A stretch of 64,000 nt of DNA. Origin: Limisphaerales bacterium. Its GTDB lineage: Bacteria; Verrucomicrobiota; Verrucomicrobiia; Limisphaerales; JACDHS01. Shown here piece by piece: positions 1-9,695 of the stretch (within the stretch, counting starts at the first letter, position 1; each line of letters starts with the position of its first letter). The notes below the pieces were generated by a model. It did not search any database, was not told where the DNA came from, and saw only the letters and a program-made list of their open reading frames with translations. The DNA lies in NCBI GenBank assembly GCA_046597605.1, contig JBKJKE010000132.1, forward strand, positions 3,769 through 67,768. The letters run 5' to 3'. A program made the translations under genes and the position numbers.

Positions 1-1
1 C

Positions 2-1615
2 AATCATGGTGTACATGATCTCGGCAGCACTTGCGTCATCCTGCCAGCGAGGACGTTCCTGAACCTGCATTGGACCCGAAATAGTTACGGCAAGTTCCTT
101 CACATACAGCACATACAAAGTGCCTTTGCGAAGCTGAGCTTCTTCCATCGCAAATCCGAGGACTGGGTTTATGCCTCGTGTGGCCACAAGGATCGCCTGG
201 CCAGCGCTGAGGTTCAGTTTGAAATTCAACAGGGAATCGGGCACGACCGCCCTCGCTACCTGTTCGGAGACCGTGACGGTGCGAAGGCCAGCACGTCGTT
301 GTGACCATGAGCGAAAACCGAGACCGACCCCAATGACGATCACGGCGAAGAAAAGAGCTTCCGGGCGGGTTTTTGCGATGGTCAATTCCACGGCTGCCAA
401 AATGAAGAAAGTGCCCATCATGATGCTTCGCTCATACCACTTGAGGGGGAGGGACCAATTGAAGCTGCAGGATCCGAGATTCACTGCGATCGCACCCACG
501 ACGCCGATCGCATAAAGTCCGGCGAGATCTTCAAGATCCCGTGAAAACAGTGTCACGATCAAAGGAAAGACCACGGAGATCGTCAGGGGGAGCCAGGGAA
601 CTCCGAACTTGTTCAGGCGGCTAAAGGAACGGGGCATTTCACCATCCTTGGTCATCATGTAGAAAACGCCGATGAGAGCGGCTACCGCGGTATTTGCGGC
701 ACTCAACAGGAGCAATCCAACCACAAGTCCAACGATAACTCCGAAGACATTTCCAAAGGCTGTTCCGAAAGCGAGAGTGCCGAATTCTCTACCCAGAATA
801 CGGAGCATATATTCCCAATCCCGAGATAATTCCGCCTTCATTTCTACAGGAAGCGAAAGCATCGCCCAACCCAACACCACAGTTGCTACAACCACCTCGA
901 CGGCAACAACCAGAATGGCTCGTGTGGCCGTCTTACCTACTTTGGGGTCATCGGCGGTGGCTCCCGGGTCGAGTTTCATCACGCCCGTCAAACTTGCGAT
1001 CGCTTCTACGCCGCTCAACGCGAGAATGGCCCAGGTGAATGCTTTCCAGGTGGTTCCAAAGTCCCGGGGCAGAGGTTCGAGGTTCCGTATATGGAGGTGT
1101 GGCACACTGACGCCAATAATCATAACGACCACGATCACCATCGGAATCGCCAGGAACACCGCCACACTGCCGCTATGCTTGGGACCGAAGTAATTCATAA
1201 GTCCCACCAGAAGAATCAGGCCCAGAGTGGCAATTCGAACGTAATCCTCTGAAACCCCAAAGTACTTCATCGCCGCCCAACCGCTCATGGCAACGGTCAC
1301 TGTGAAGTTTGCGACCAGCAGCAGCGCCCCCATCACGGCTAAAAGACGACTCTGGCTGCGGGCGGCAGAATAGACACCACCTCCATCGGGAAAGTTCTTA
1401 CAAACTACGACGTAATTGTAGCCAACAAGGGCTGTGAGGACACACACCGCGATAATAATTGGGAAAGAACTGTATCCCGCAGCAGAGAGCGCGATCGGCG
1501 AAGTAAAGGCCAGTCCGAGGACGTAGGCTTTGCTGGTTCCCCAGTCTCCGTAGAGGAGGGCAGCGGCTCGCTTCCAATCGACATTCCGTGGACGATGAAC
1601 GCCTAAGCTATCCAC
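2..1615 (-). CDS. APC-family amino acid/cation permease with C-terminal USP-like domain (3' end runs off the window)
   Basis: Not in the ORF track because the stop lies outside the window. Hand translation from GTG at 1615 (GGAGG RBS upstream) gives MDSLGVHRPRNVDWKRAAALLYGDWGTSKAYVLGLA, then many hydrophobic helices. The C-terminal ILVATRG..FAMEEAQLRKGTLYVLYV resembles a USP fold. Confidence 0.8.
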   Translation of the reverse strand, partial: MDSLGVHRPRNVDWKRAAALLYGDWGTSKAYVLGLAFTSPIALSAAGYSSFPIIIAVCVLTALVGYNYVVVCKNFPDGGGVYSAARSQSRLLAVMGALLLVANFTVTVAMSGWAAMKYFGVSEDYVRIATLGLILLVGLMNYFGPKHSGSVAVFLAIPMVIVVVMIIGVSVPHLHIRNLEPLPRDFGTTWKAFTWAILALSGVEAIASLTGVMKLDPGATADDPKVGKTATRAILVVAVEVVVATVVLGWAMLSLPVEMKAELSRDWEYMLRILGREFGTLAFGTAFGNVFGVIVGLVVGLLLLSAANTAVAALIGVFYMMTKDGEMPRSFSRLNKFGVPWLPLTISVVFPLIVTLFSRDLEDLAGLYAIGVVGAIAVNLGSCSFNWSLPLKWYERSIMMGTFFILAAVELTIAKTRPEALFFAVIVIGVGLGFRSWSQRRAGLRTVTVSEQVARAVVPDSLLNFKLNLSAGQAILVATRGINPVLGFAMEEAQLRKGTLYVLYVKELAVTISGPMQVQERPRWQDDASAAEIMYTMI

Positions 1616-2149
1616 CTGCAGCCTCCAAACCTTGGCTCAGTGACTCGGGTGGGACTAGATGCATTTTGAGAAGGTGAACGACAAACACCCGGTTTCGTCA
1701 ATACAGATCCCGAAAGCAAAGTTTCGGACATGCTATTGCAAAATCCTGAGAAACGCCGAAAAGGTCCTGAACCTTATTTTGCGTAGCTTCGATGAACGTG
1801 TTGTCCAAATCATTCTGAGAATCGAGTTCTGAGAACAATCTTCATCGACATAATATGCCCTTTTCGCCTTTGGATAATGGAAAGACAGCTCAATGAGTCA
1901 TCGCCGTCTCCAGTTTGAGACGGCGTTTGGAATACGAAGGGTTCTGGTGCATTGCTGCTCCGGTCCTGTCCCTCATCAGCGTCTTCAAATGGATATTTTA
2001 AGATGACAGTTATCAAAATTTCCTCCTTGTTTCTAATTTAGAATCAGGGGAAAAGCGTTCAATGGGGCTAGGTTGGCCTCTTCGCATGGGTGGATAGGCC
2101 CCTTCCACGTTCGGAGATGGTCGGAGGGTAGGTGGGCAATCCTGCCCCC

Positions 2150-2177
2150 TTGACGCCTTCCTCTCCACTGTTACGCT
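2150..2177 (+). promoter_or_regulatory. Putative sigma70 promoter of prc (TTGACG-16 bp-TACGCT)
   Basis: Near-consensus -35/-10 pair upstream of the likely start codons at 2222 or 2294. Confidence 0.4.
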
Positions 2178-2293
2178 CCTTTAGCTGTCGGCCGCAAACG
2201 ATTCAGCATTATCGATCAATTATGAAACGCCTCAAGGACTCCGAGTCGCCAAACTGCCGTTTGCCATCTGACAAAACATCTCCATATTTTCAC

Positions 2294-4603
2294 GTGAAAC
2301 GTTTTCTTCATTTCATCTGGTTGCCCCTGGCGATCGCAGTTATTGCCGTGCAGGCCCAGTCGTCTAAAAAGCCGGCCTCGGACGACACCGATTCGAGTAA
2401 AGTGTCGGAACAGGTCACTGAGGCGAATATTGCGAAATCAACCGCCCGCATTCTGGAGCGAGTTCATTTCTCGCAATATAAGTTCGATGACGAATTGTCC
2501 GAGAAGTTCCTTGCCGGATACCTCGATCTGCTGGATGTCCAACGTCTCCATTTCTTCCAGAGCGACATGGAAGAGTTTGCCAAATATAAGCACACGCTGG
2601 ATGATTTGATCCTCCGTGCTGGCGACACCAGTCCCGGGCACGACATTTTTGCCCGCATGCTCACGCGGGTGGATCAACGAGTGAGCTTCGTGCAGGACAA
2701 ACTTAAGAATGGGAAATTCGACTTCAGTGCGGACGAGCGCTATGCGCCTATCCGTAAAGAAATGCCGCATCCTGCAAACCTGTCAGAAGCTCAAAAACTT
2801 TGGGACAAGCACCTTCGCTACGAATATCTCCAGGAGAAACTTTCGTTGATCCAAAAAGAGGAGGATGCCAAGGACGAGAAGAAGAAAAAAACAAACAAGG
2901 AGGCTAAAGAGTTAAAGGACGCTAAAGGTCAGCCTCTCAGCCAGCACGACCAAATCGTAAAAACGCTCACGGATCGTTACACACGGCTGCAGAAAACTTT
3001 TAAGGAATTTAGTAAGGATGAAGTATTCGAGCTCTTTTTGACTTCTCTCGCCCGCGTTTACGACCCTCATTCTGACTACATGGGTAAAGCCCAGATGGAG
3101 AATTTTGCCATTTCCATGAAGCTATCACTCTTCGGGATTGGGGCCGTGCTGACCTCCGAGGACGGTTATTGCAAAATTCAAAGCCTCGTCCCCGGTGCTC
3201 CCGCTGCCAAAAGTAAGCAAATCAAAGAAGGCGACCGTATTGTAGCGGTAGCACAAAAGGGAAAAGAACCGGTTGATTGCGTGGGGATGAAGCTCAACAA
3301 AGTGGTGGAGATGATTCGTGGCGCTAAAGGAACAGAGGTCCTTCTTACGATCGTTCCAGTGGATGCTGCCGACACTTCGAACCGCAAGCTGGTCACGTTG
3401 GTGCGCGATGAAGTTAAACTCGAAGATCAGGAAGCCAAAGCGAAGATCATCGAGATGCCCGGCGAAGGTGGCAAACCGGTCCGGGTCGGGGTGCTCGATC
3501 TGCCTTCTTTCTATGAAGACATGGATAACCGGGGTGCAGATCACAAGAGCACATCAGCGGATATGGCAAAGTTGCTCAAGAAGCTCAGTGATGAAAAGGT
3601 GACCGGAATTATTCTCGATCTTCGCCGAAACGGTGGTGGGGCGCTGAGTGAAGCGATCAAGCTAACGGGATTGTTTTTCAAAAAAGGTCCGGTCGTGCAG
3701 ACGAAAGATCCGAATGGACGCATCGTGGTGGATGGAGACGATAATCCTTCAATCCTTTACGACGGTCCCATGATCGTGCTTACCAGTCGCTTTAGTGCGT
3801 CTGCTTCAGAAATTCTCGCTGGGGCCCTTCAGGATTACGGACGGGCTTTGGTTGTCGGCGATTCCTCCACTCATGGTAAAGGGACCGTGCAGCAGCTCCT
3901 TCGTTTGCAGGAAATCCTGGACGAGAACAAGTTGGAACACGCCTATGATCCGGGCTCTTTGAAGTTTACCATTCGCAAATTTTATCGCGCCAATGGCTCG
4001 TCGACTCAACTCAAAGGTGTGATTCCTGACATCATTCTGCCTTCTGTAAACAATTACGCGGAGGTAGGTGAGTCGGCTTTGGATAATCCGTTGCCCTGGG
4101 ACGAAGTGAGTTCGGCAAAGTACGACAAATCCAACCGGGTGGAGCCGTTTCTCTCGGAATTGAAACGGCGTTCCGACGAACGCATTGAAAAAGATAAGGA
4201 TTTTTCGTATGTGCGCCAGGACATCGAACGTTTCAAAAAGAACCTGGCGGATAAAAGTATTTCTTTGAACGAACGCAAGCGCCTCAGCGAAGTGCGGGAA
4301 ATCAAGCAACTCGCCGATTCGCGTAAAAAAGAAAGGCTCGCTCGCAAAACATCTGCCGAAAAAATTTACGAGATTGCTTTGAAAGACGCCGAGAAACCCG
4401 GATTGCCTGCTCCTGGCCCAAAGACCAATGAGACAGCACTCGCTGAAAGCAGTGAGGTGACCGCCGAAATCCATGCAGCTGCAGACGGAGAGGAAGAAGA
4501 CAAGGTTCCGGCTGTTGATGCCACGCTGGATGAAACCAAACGAATTCTAATCGACTACATCACCTTACTTCGCAAAGGCAGTAACGTGACGCTTGTAAAG
4601 TAG
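2294..4603 (+). CDS. prc: Carboxy-terminal (tail-specific) processing protease, peptidase S41A with PDZ domain
   Basis: Motifs DPHSDY, GIGAVL (PDZ), LDLRRNGGG, SASASEI, GKGTVQ. GTG at 2294 gives a signal peptide (MKRFLHFIWLPLAIAVIAVQA); alternative starts at 2222 and 2132. Confidence 0.92.
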   Translation: MKRFLHFIWLPLAIAVIAVQAQSSKKPASDDTDSSKVSEQVTEANIAKSTARILERVHFSQYKFDDELSEKFLAGYLDLLDVQRLHFFQSDMEEFAKYKHTLDDLILRAGDTSPGHDIFARMLTRVDQRVSFVQDKLKNGKFDFSADERYAPIRKEMPHPANLSEAQKLWDKHLRYEYLQEKLSLIQKEEDAKDEKKKKTNKEAKELKDAKGQPLSQHDQIVKTLTDRYTRLQKTFKEFSKDEVFELFLTSLARVYDPHSDYMGKAQMENFAISMKLSLFGIGAVLTSEDGYCKIQSLVPGAPAAKSKQIKEGDRIVAVAQKGKEPVDCVGMKLNKVVEMIRGAKGTEVLLTIVPVDAADTSNRKLVTLVRDEVKLEDQEAKAKIIEMPGEGGKPVRVGVLDLPSFYEDMDNRGADHKSTSADMAKLLKKLSDEKVTGIILDLRRNGGGALSEAIKLTGLFFKKGPVVQTKDPNGRIVVDGDDNPSILYDGPMIVLTSRFSASASEILAGALQDYGRALVVGDSSTHGKGTVQQLLRLQEILDENKLEHAYDPGSLKFTIRKFYRANGSSTQLKGVIPDIILPSVNNYAEVGESALDNPLPWDEVSSAKYDKSNRVEPFLSELKRRSDERIEKDKDFSYVRQDIERFKKNLADKSISLNERKRLSEVREIKQLADSRKKERLARKTSAEKIYEIALKDAEKPGLPAPGPKTNETALAESSEVTAEIHAAADGEEEDKVPAVDATLDETKRILIDYITLLRKGSNVTLVK

Positions 4604-4623
4604 TTCAGCACCGGATTTAAATT

Positions 4624-4662
4624 AAAAACCCTGCTCTGGACTCCAGAGCAGGGTTTTCTTTT
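4624..4662 (+). terminator. Intrinsic terminator, probably bidirectional
   Basis: AAAACCCTGCTCTGGA-C-TCCAGAGCAGGGTTTT hairpin with A and T tails just after the prc stop. Confidence 0.85.
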
Positions 4663-4786
4663 AGTTGTTGAACGAACCTCCAAGTGGGGCCGATAGACGG
4701 CGTTTGAGCGTCAGCAATGGGAGGTGGGTTACGGCCTGCAGCTGTAAACTGAAACTTTTCGAAGGCAGCCAGAGTTGGCTCGACTA

Positions 4787-4960
4787 TCAGGATGTGCGCG
4801 CAATTTCCCCGCTGTACATCGAGCGATAATATTTAATGAAAAGCGGCTTGGAAATGTCGGGTGCGAAAGAAAAGGCTGCTGCAAATGCGATCGCTATAAT
4901 GAGTAAAGCGGTGGAAACGGGAGAGAACCTGGCTTGGGTTACGGCGGTTGGTTGGCTCAT
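4787..4960 (-). CDS. Putative 57-aa single-TM small protein
   Basis: Hand translation: MSQPTAVTQARFSPVSTALLIIAIAFAAAFSFAPDISKPLFIKYYRSMYSGEIARTS*. It fills the gap between glgB and the terminator and is below the ORF-track cutoff. Confidence 0.45.
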   Translation of the reverse strand: MSQPTAVTQARFSPVSTALLIIAIAFAAAFSFAPDISKPLFIKYYRSMYSGEIARTS

Positions 4961-5100
4961 AGTAAAATAGCGTTCGCATAAGTCATGCCAATGTCAAAAA
5001 AGTTTCGTTTACGCGAGTTTCGCGTGTTGCTTTGCCCGTGGGTTGGAGCGGATGTCCATTTCCTGCACACGGTCTACAGAAAGTTGTCTTGCGAATGAAT

Positions 5101-7302
5101 TCAGCCCACTGGAGAGCTGAAAGCGACCACGCTTAAAGGCGGCAAACAGACTTCTGCCGAATACTTCTGATTGTGCCAGGGATGCTCGTGCGCGGTAGCA
5201 GCACCAAAATTGCCGGCATTACTCCCCGCATAGGATTGGGCGTCAGTGTTGAGAAGTTCCTTCCAGACGCCCGGTTTGGGCACACCAATACGATAATTGC
5301 TCCGCAGCACCGGTGTGAGATTCATGATGACGACCACCTGCCGGGTGCAGTCTCGATTCTGGCGCGCAAACGACATCACACTGTTCTCGGCATCGCCGCA
5401 ATCGATCCAATAAAACCCAGCCAGATCGTAGTCGCCGTCCCAGAGTGCGGCATCGTTCTTATAGATATGATTCAGATCCTCCATGAACTTCTGGAGCCCC
5501 TTATGGTAGGGACCGGCTTCAAGTAAGGACCAATCGAGCTCCTTGTTTTCATTCCATTCGGAGGGTTGCCCGAATTCCGACCCCATCATCAGAAGTTGTT
5601 TTCCCGGGAAGAGCCACTGATAGGCGAGCAGGCAGCGCAGATTCGCGAACTTCTGCCACTCGTCTCCCGGCATCTTGCCAATGAGCGATCCTTTGCCGTG
5701 GACGATCTCATCGTGAGACAGCGGCAGGATAAAATTCTCGTTGTGATGATAGAGCATCGCAAACGTGAGATCGTTCTGATGGTACTTCCGGAATACCGGG
5801 TCGCGGCTGAAATATTTCAACGTGTCGTGCATCCAACCCATGTTCCACTTGAACGAGAAACCGAGGCCCCCGATGTAGGGAGGACGTGTCACCAGGGGCC
5901 ATGCCGTCGATTCCTCCGCGATGGTAATGACTCCCGGGTGCTCTGTGTGAATGATATGGTTGAAATGTCGCAGAAACTCGACTGCTTCGATGTTTTCGCG
6001 GCCACCGTATTGGTTTGGGATCCATTCGCCCTCTTTGCGCGAGTAATCCAGGTAAAGCATGGAGGCAACCGCGTCGACTCGCAGTCCATCAATATGGAAG
6101 CGCTCACACCAAAAGAGCGCGTTGGCTGCGAGGAAGTTCCGGACTTCATGACGACCGTAGTTGAAGATGAGAGTGCCCCAATCCTGATGAGAACCTTTTT
6201 TCGGATCTTCGTGTTCGTAAAGGGCGGTTCCGTCGAACTTGGCCAGTGCCCATTCATCCCGAGGGAAATGCGCAGGAACCCAATCAATAAGCACTCCAAT
6301 TTCTGCTTCATGCAAGGCGTTGATCAGAAACTGAAAGTCATCGGGAGTTCCAAAGCGGCTGGTTGGCGAATAGAATCCGGTGACCTGGTATCCCCAACTG
6401 GGATAAAAAGCATGCTCGGACACAGGCATGAACTCAACGTGAGTGAACCCCATCTTCCGCACGTAATCGACCAGGGGAGTGGCCATTTCCCGGTAGCTCA
6501 GCGATTCCATCCAGTTGCGCTTTTTCCATGAGCCGAGATGCACCTCGTAAATGCTCATCGGTTTGCGGAGCCAATCACTCTCACGGCGTTTCTTCAGCCA
6601 CGCGTCGTCCGTCCATTTATGCTTTTCCGTGTTCCAAACGATGGAAGCGTTCTTGGGTGCGGATTCGAAAAAGAATCCATAAGGATCCGTTTTAAGAATA
6701 ATGCGACCGTTGATATCCTTGATTTCGTATTTGTAGTGGGTGCCTTCTCCAACATTGGGGATGAAGATTTCCCACACCCCGCTTGCGCCGAGTAGTCGCA
6801 TCGGGTGACGCCGCCCGTCCCATTGATTAAACTCGCCCACCACACTGATACGCTGGGCATTGGGAGCCCAAACGGCGAAGCTCGTTCCCCAAATACCGTC
6901 GATCTGACGAATGTGAGAGCCGAACTTGTCATAGATACGCCGCTCGTTTCCTTCGCCAAAAAGGAAAAGGTCCTGTTCACCCAAAGTAGGCAGGAAAGAG
7001 TAGGGGTCACGCGTCTGCCATGTATGGCCCTGATGATCTTTGATGATCAGATCGTAGGCGAAGACTTTGCTGCCACCGTTCGCTGCACCTTCAAAGACGC
7101 CACCATCGTGAATCTTCTTCAGCTTGATACGTGGTTTGTTTTTCTCATGCACCGGCACAGCTTCGATCTCCGCCGCATGGGGGTAGAGTGCGCGCACGAC
7201 AACCCCGGAACCGTCGCCCAAAGGATGCATACCCAGAAGGGTATGTGGTGAGCGATGTTGAACGTGGACGAGGCTGTCGAGTTCCGCCGGTGTCAAAATC
7301 AT
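5101..7302 (-). CDS. glgB: 1,4-alpha-glucan branching enzyme (GH13)
   Basis: WAPNA, IYEVHLGSW, SWGYQ, DWVPAHFP, DGLRVDAVASM, AEEST, LPLSHDE motifs. ATG start at 7302 preferred. Confidence 0.97.
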   Translation of the reverse strand: MILTPAELDSLVHVQHRSPHTLLGMHPLGDGSGVVVRALYPHAAEIEAVPVHEKNKPRIKLKKIHDGGVFEGAANGGSKVFAYDLIIKDHQGHTWQTRDPYSFLPTLGEQDLFLFGEGNERRIYDKFGSHIRQIDGIWGTSFAVWAPNAQRISVVGEFNQWDGRRHPMRLLGASGVWEIFIPNVGEGTHYKYEIKDINGRIILKTDPYGFFFESAPKNASIVWNTEKHKWTDDAWLKKRRESDWLRKPMSIYEVHLGSWKKRNWMESLSYREMATPLVDYVRKMGFTHVEFMPVSEHAFYPSWGYQVTGFYSPTSRFGTPDDFQFLINALHEAEIGVLIDWVPAHFPRDEWALAKFDGTALYEHEDPKKGSHQDWGTLIFNYGRHEVRNFLAANALFWCERFHIDGLRVDAVASMLYLDYSRKEGEWIPNQYGGRENIEAVEFLRHFNHIIHTEHPGVITIAEESTAWPLVTRPPYIGGLGFSFKWNMGWMHDTLKYFSRDPVFRKYHQNDLTFAMLYHHNENFILPLSHDEIVHGKGSLIGKMPGDEWQKFANLRCLLAYQWLFPGKQLLMMGSEFGQPSEWNENKELDWSLLEAGPYHKGLQKFMEDLNHIYKNDAALWDGDYDLAGFYWIDCGDAENSVMSFARQNRDCTRQVVVIMNLTPVLRSNYRIGVPKPGVWKELLNTDAQSYAGSNAGNFGAATAHEHPWHNQKYSAEVCLPPLSVVAFSSPVG

Positions 7303-7438
7303 CAGGCGCAATCTAGCACTCGAATAGAGGCTGAACACAAAAAACTACCCCGATACGGCACTAAGAATTTTACTGAATCGGAATTATAGGTGCTTTGTAG
7401 GCTTTTCTGAAAGGCAGGAATCAGCAGCGACTATACTT

Positions 7439-8326
7439 TTAGAATGCTCGCAGAGTATCCAACACCGCCTTTGTTCTAGGAACTTCATGTGTTCGGAACA
7501 AATCTGTTTTTCCCAACGCTGCGAGGACCGCAAAGAATGACTCGGCGCTCCGGACTTCCTCTCCAAAATATTCGAAAGCGTGGGGTAGGGCGTGGCACAC
7601 TGGGAATCCCAAGGTCCGTAGACGGAAGCTATTGAGGAACACGCTCATTTGATGCCGTATTCGCGTGGAACTGTCTTGCAGATTGCGGTAATAGAAGCCA
7701 AGGCCCGGATCGATGAAAATTTTCCGCACGCCGTTTTGGGAAGCCAGGTCGATCTGGCGGGAGAAATACTCCTGCATCATGGCAATCGGATCGGTAGAAA
7801 AGTCAAAGTCGCCTACTTCCCGCACATTGACTCCCTGCACATAGCAAATAATTACGGCAGCATCATGATCTGCCACCATGCGATACATTTCCTCACCGGC
7901 TTCCGTCCCGGTGAGATTAAGAATGCTTGCGCCCGCTCCAAGACAGGTTCGAGTAACTTCCGGATTATAGGTTTCAACCGACACGAGAATTTTCTCCGAC
8001 ACTAAACCCTTGATCACGGGAAGGAGTTTGCTGTTCTGCAATGCAGTTCCTGCGCGGCTGGCATGCCCCAATGTTGATTCTGCCCCGACATCTACGATCT
8101 CCGCGCCCTGTGCGTGCAATACTTTTCCGCGTTGGATTGCGGTCTCTGCAGAGAGGCAGACACTTTCCCGATACCACGAGTCGGCGGATAAATTGACCAC
8201 TCCCATGAGAGCTGGTTTTGAATTGAAGGCAAAGTGCCGCTCCCCGACTGAAAACTCCTGGACCGTGGCCTTCGCCGCTTCCTGGTTCTTTTCGAAGAGA
8301 TGCGACAGGTATTCCAGAGTGAGCAT
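7439..8326 (-). CDS. Dihydropteroate synthase-like pterin-binding TIM barrel (divergent)
   Basis: GVVNLSADS, DVGAEST, IDPGLGF and RTHEV correspond to FolP motifs, but the STRPG Arg and the SRK motif are absent. Confidence 0.8.
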   Translation of the reverse strand: MLTLEYLSHLFEKNQEAAKATVQEFSVGERHFAFNSKPALMGVVNLSADSWYRESVCLSAETAIQRGKVLHAQGAEIVDVGAESTLGHASRAGTALQNSKLLPVIKGLVSEKILVSVETYNPEVTRTCLGAGASILNLTGTEAGEEMYRMVADHDAAVIICYVQGVNVREVGDFDFSTDPIAMMQEYFSRQIDLASQNGVRKIFIDPGLGFYYRNLQDSSTRIRHQMSVFLNSFRLRTLGFPVCHALPHAFEYFGEEVRSAESFFAVLAALGKTDLFRTHEVPRTKAVLDTLRAF

Positions 8327-8344
8327 TATGATGAAGTAAAAGAG

Positions 8345-8421
8345 TGGTGCGCCCGCCGCGACTCGAACGCGGGACCCTCTGCTTAGAAGGCAGATGCTCT
8401 ATCCAACTGAGCTACGGGCGC
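8345..8421 (-). tRNA. tRNA-Arg(TCT)
   Basis: Reverse complement GCGCCCG TAGCTCAGTTGGATAGAGCA TCTGC CT-TCT-AA GCAGA ... GTTCGAGTC ... CGGGCGC ACCA; encoded CCA; 77 nt. Confidence 0.97.
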
Positions 8422-8737
8422 ACTTTTGATCCAACAGAGCGGTTATGTTTAGCCATTTAGGCCAACCTGGCAATCTCTCTTTCGAAATCCTCCTCTGACG
8501 CGTGCCATCCAGGGGTTGCCGTTCACCTCACCCGCGCACCTTGTATGCAGCTTCTCAATTCAGGCGATATCCGAACTTCTGCAAGGGTAAAGTACCACAA
8601 GTGAGACAAACGATGACAGGTGGAGCGAATGAAACCCACAGATGCCGTTGACACAACAAGCGACATCGTGCCTAGATACGTTGGCAAAGCGCAGGGCATT
8701 AAGCCGCCCAACGTTCGCCAATGCTCGGATATCTTGA

Positions 8738-9370
<633 letters not shown>

Positions 9371-9490
9371 TCCCGGTCCCCGTGATCATCGCGTCCGAAG
9401 AAACTGAATGATCAGGTTTTTTGCATCCCTGGGATTCTGATGATCCCGGGGTTCCCTCCCTCTAATGCGCGTAATGCGGCATCAATCGAC

Positions 9491-9683
9491 TCTGAAGTGA
9501 CCCCACAATACGGGTATTACGGTATCGGTTCATTCTGAAGTGACCCCGCAATACGGGTATTACGGTATCGATTCATTCTGAAGTGACCCCACAATACGGG
9601 TATTACGTTATCGATTCATTCTGAAGTGACCCCACAATACGGGTATTATGGTATCGATTCATTCTGAAGTGACTCCGCAATAC
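9491..9683. repeat. Tandem repeat, 43-bp unit, about 4.5 copies
   Basis: Consensus unit TCTGAAGTGACCCCRCAATACGGGTATTACGGTATCGRTTCAT starts at 9491, 9534, 9577, 9620 and 9663 (partial); no spacers. Confidence 0.95.
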
Positions 9684-9695
9684 ACCGGTCCACTA

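Noticed and set aside
171-1193. Plus-strand ORFs 171-515 and 672-1193
   Set aside because: Antisense shadows of the minus-strand APC permease.
1616-2130. c-di-AMP (ydaO) or amino-acid riboswitch upstream of the APC permease
   Set aside because: I could not recognise any consensus elements by eye; an Rfam scan would be needed.
5566-6531. 321-aa plus-strand ORF and similar long antisense ORFs across the window
   Set aside because: They lie opposite well-supported genes (here glgB) and show no motifs; they are codon-bias shadows.
9491-9683. CRISPR array
   Set aside because: Units are contiguous near-identical copies with no unique spacers, and there are no cas genes in the window.
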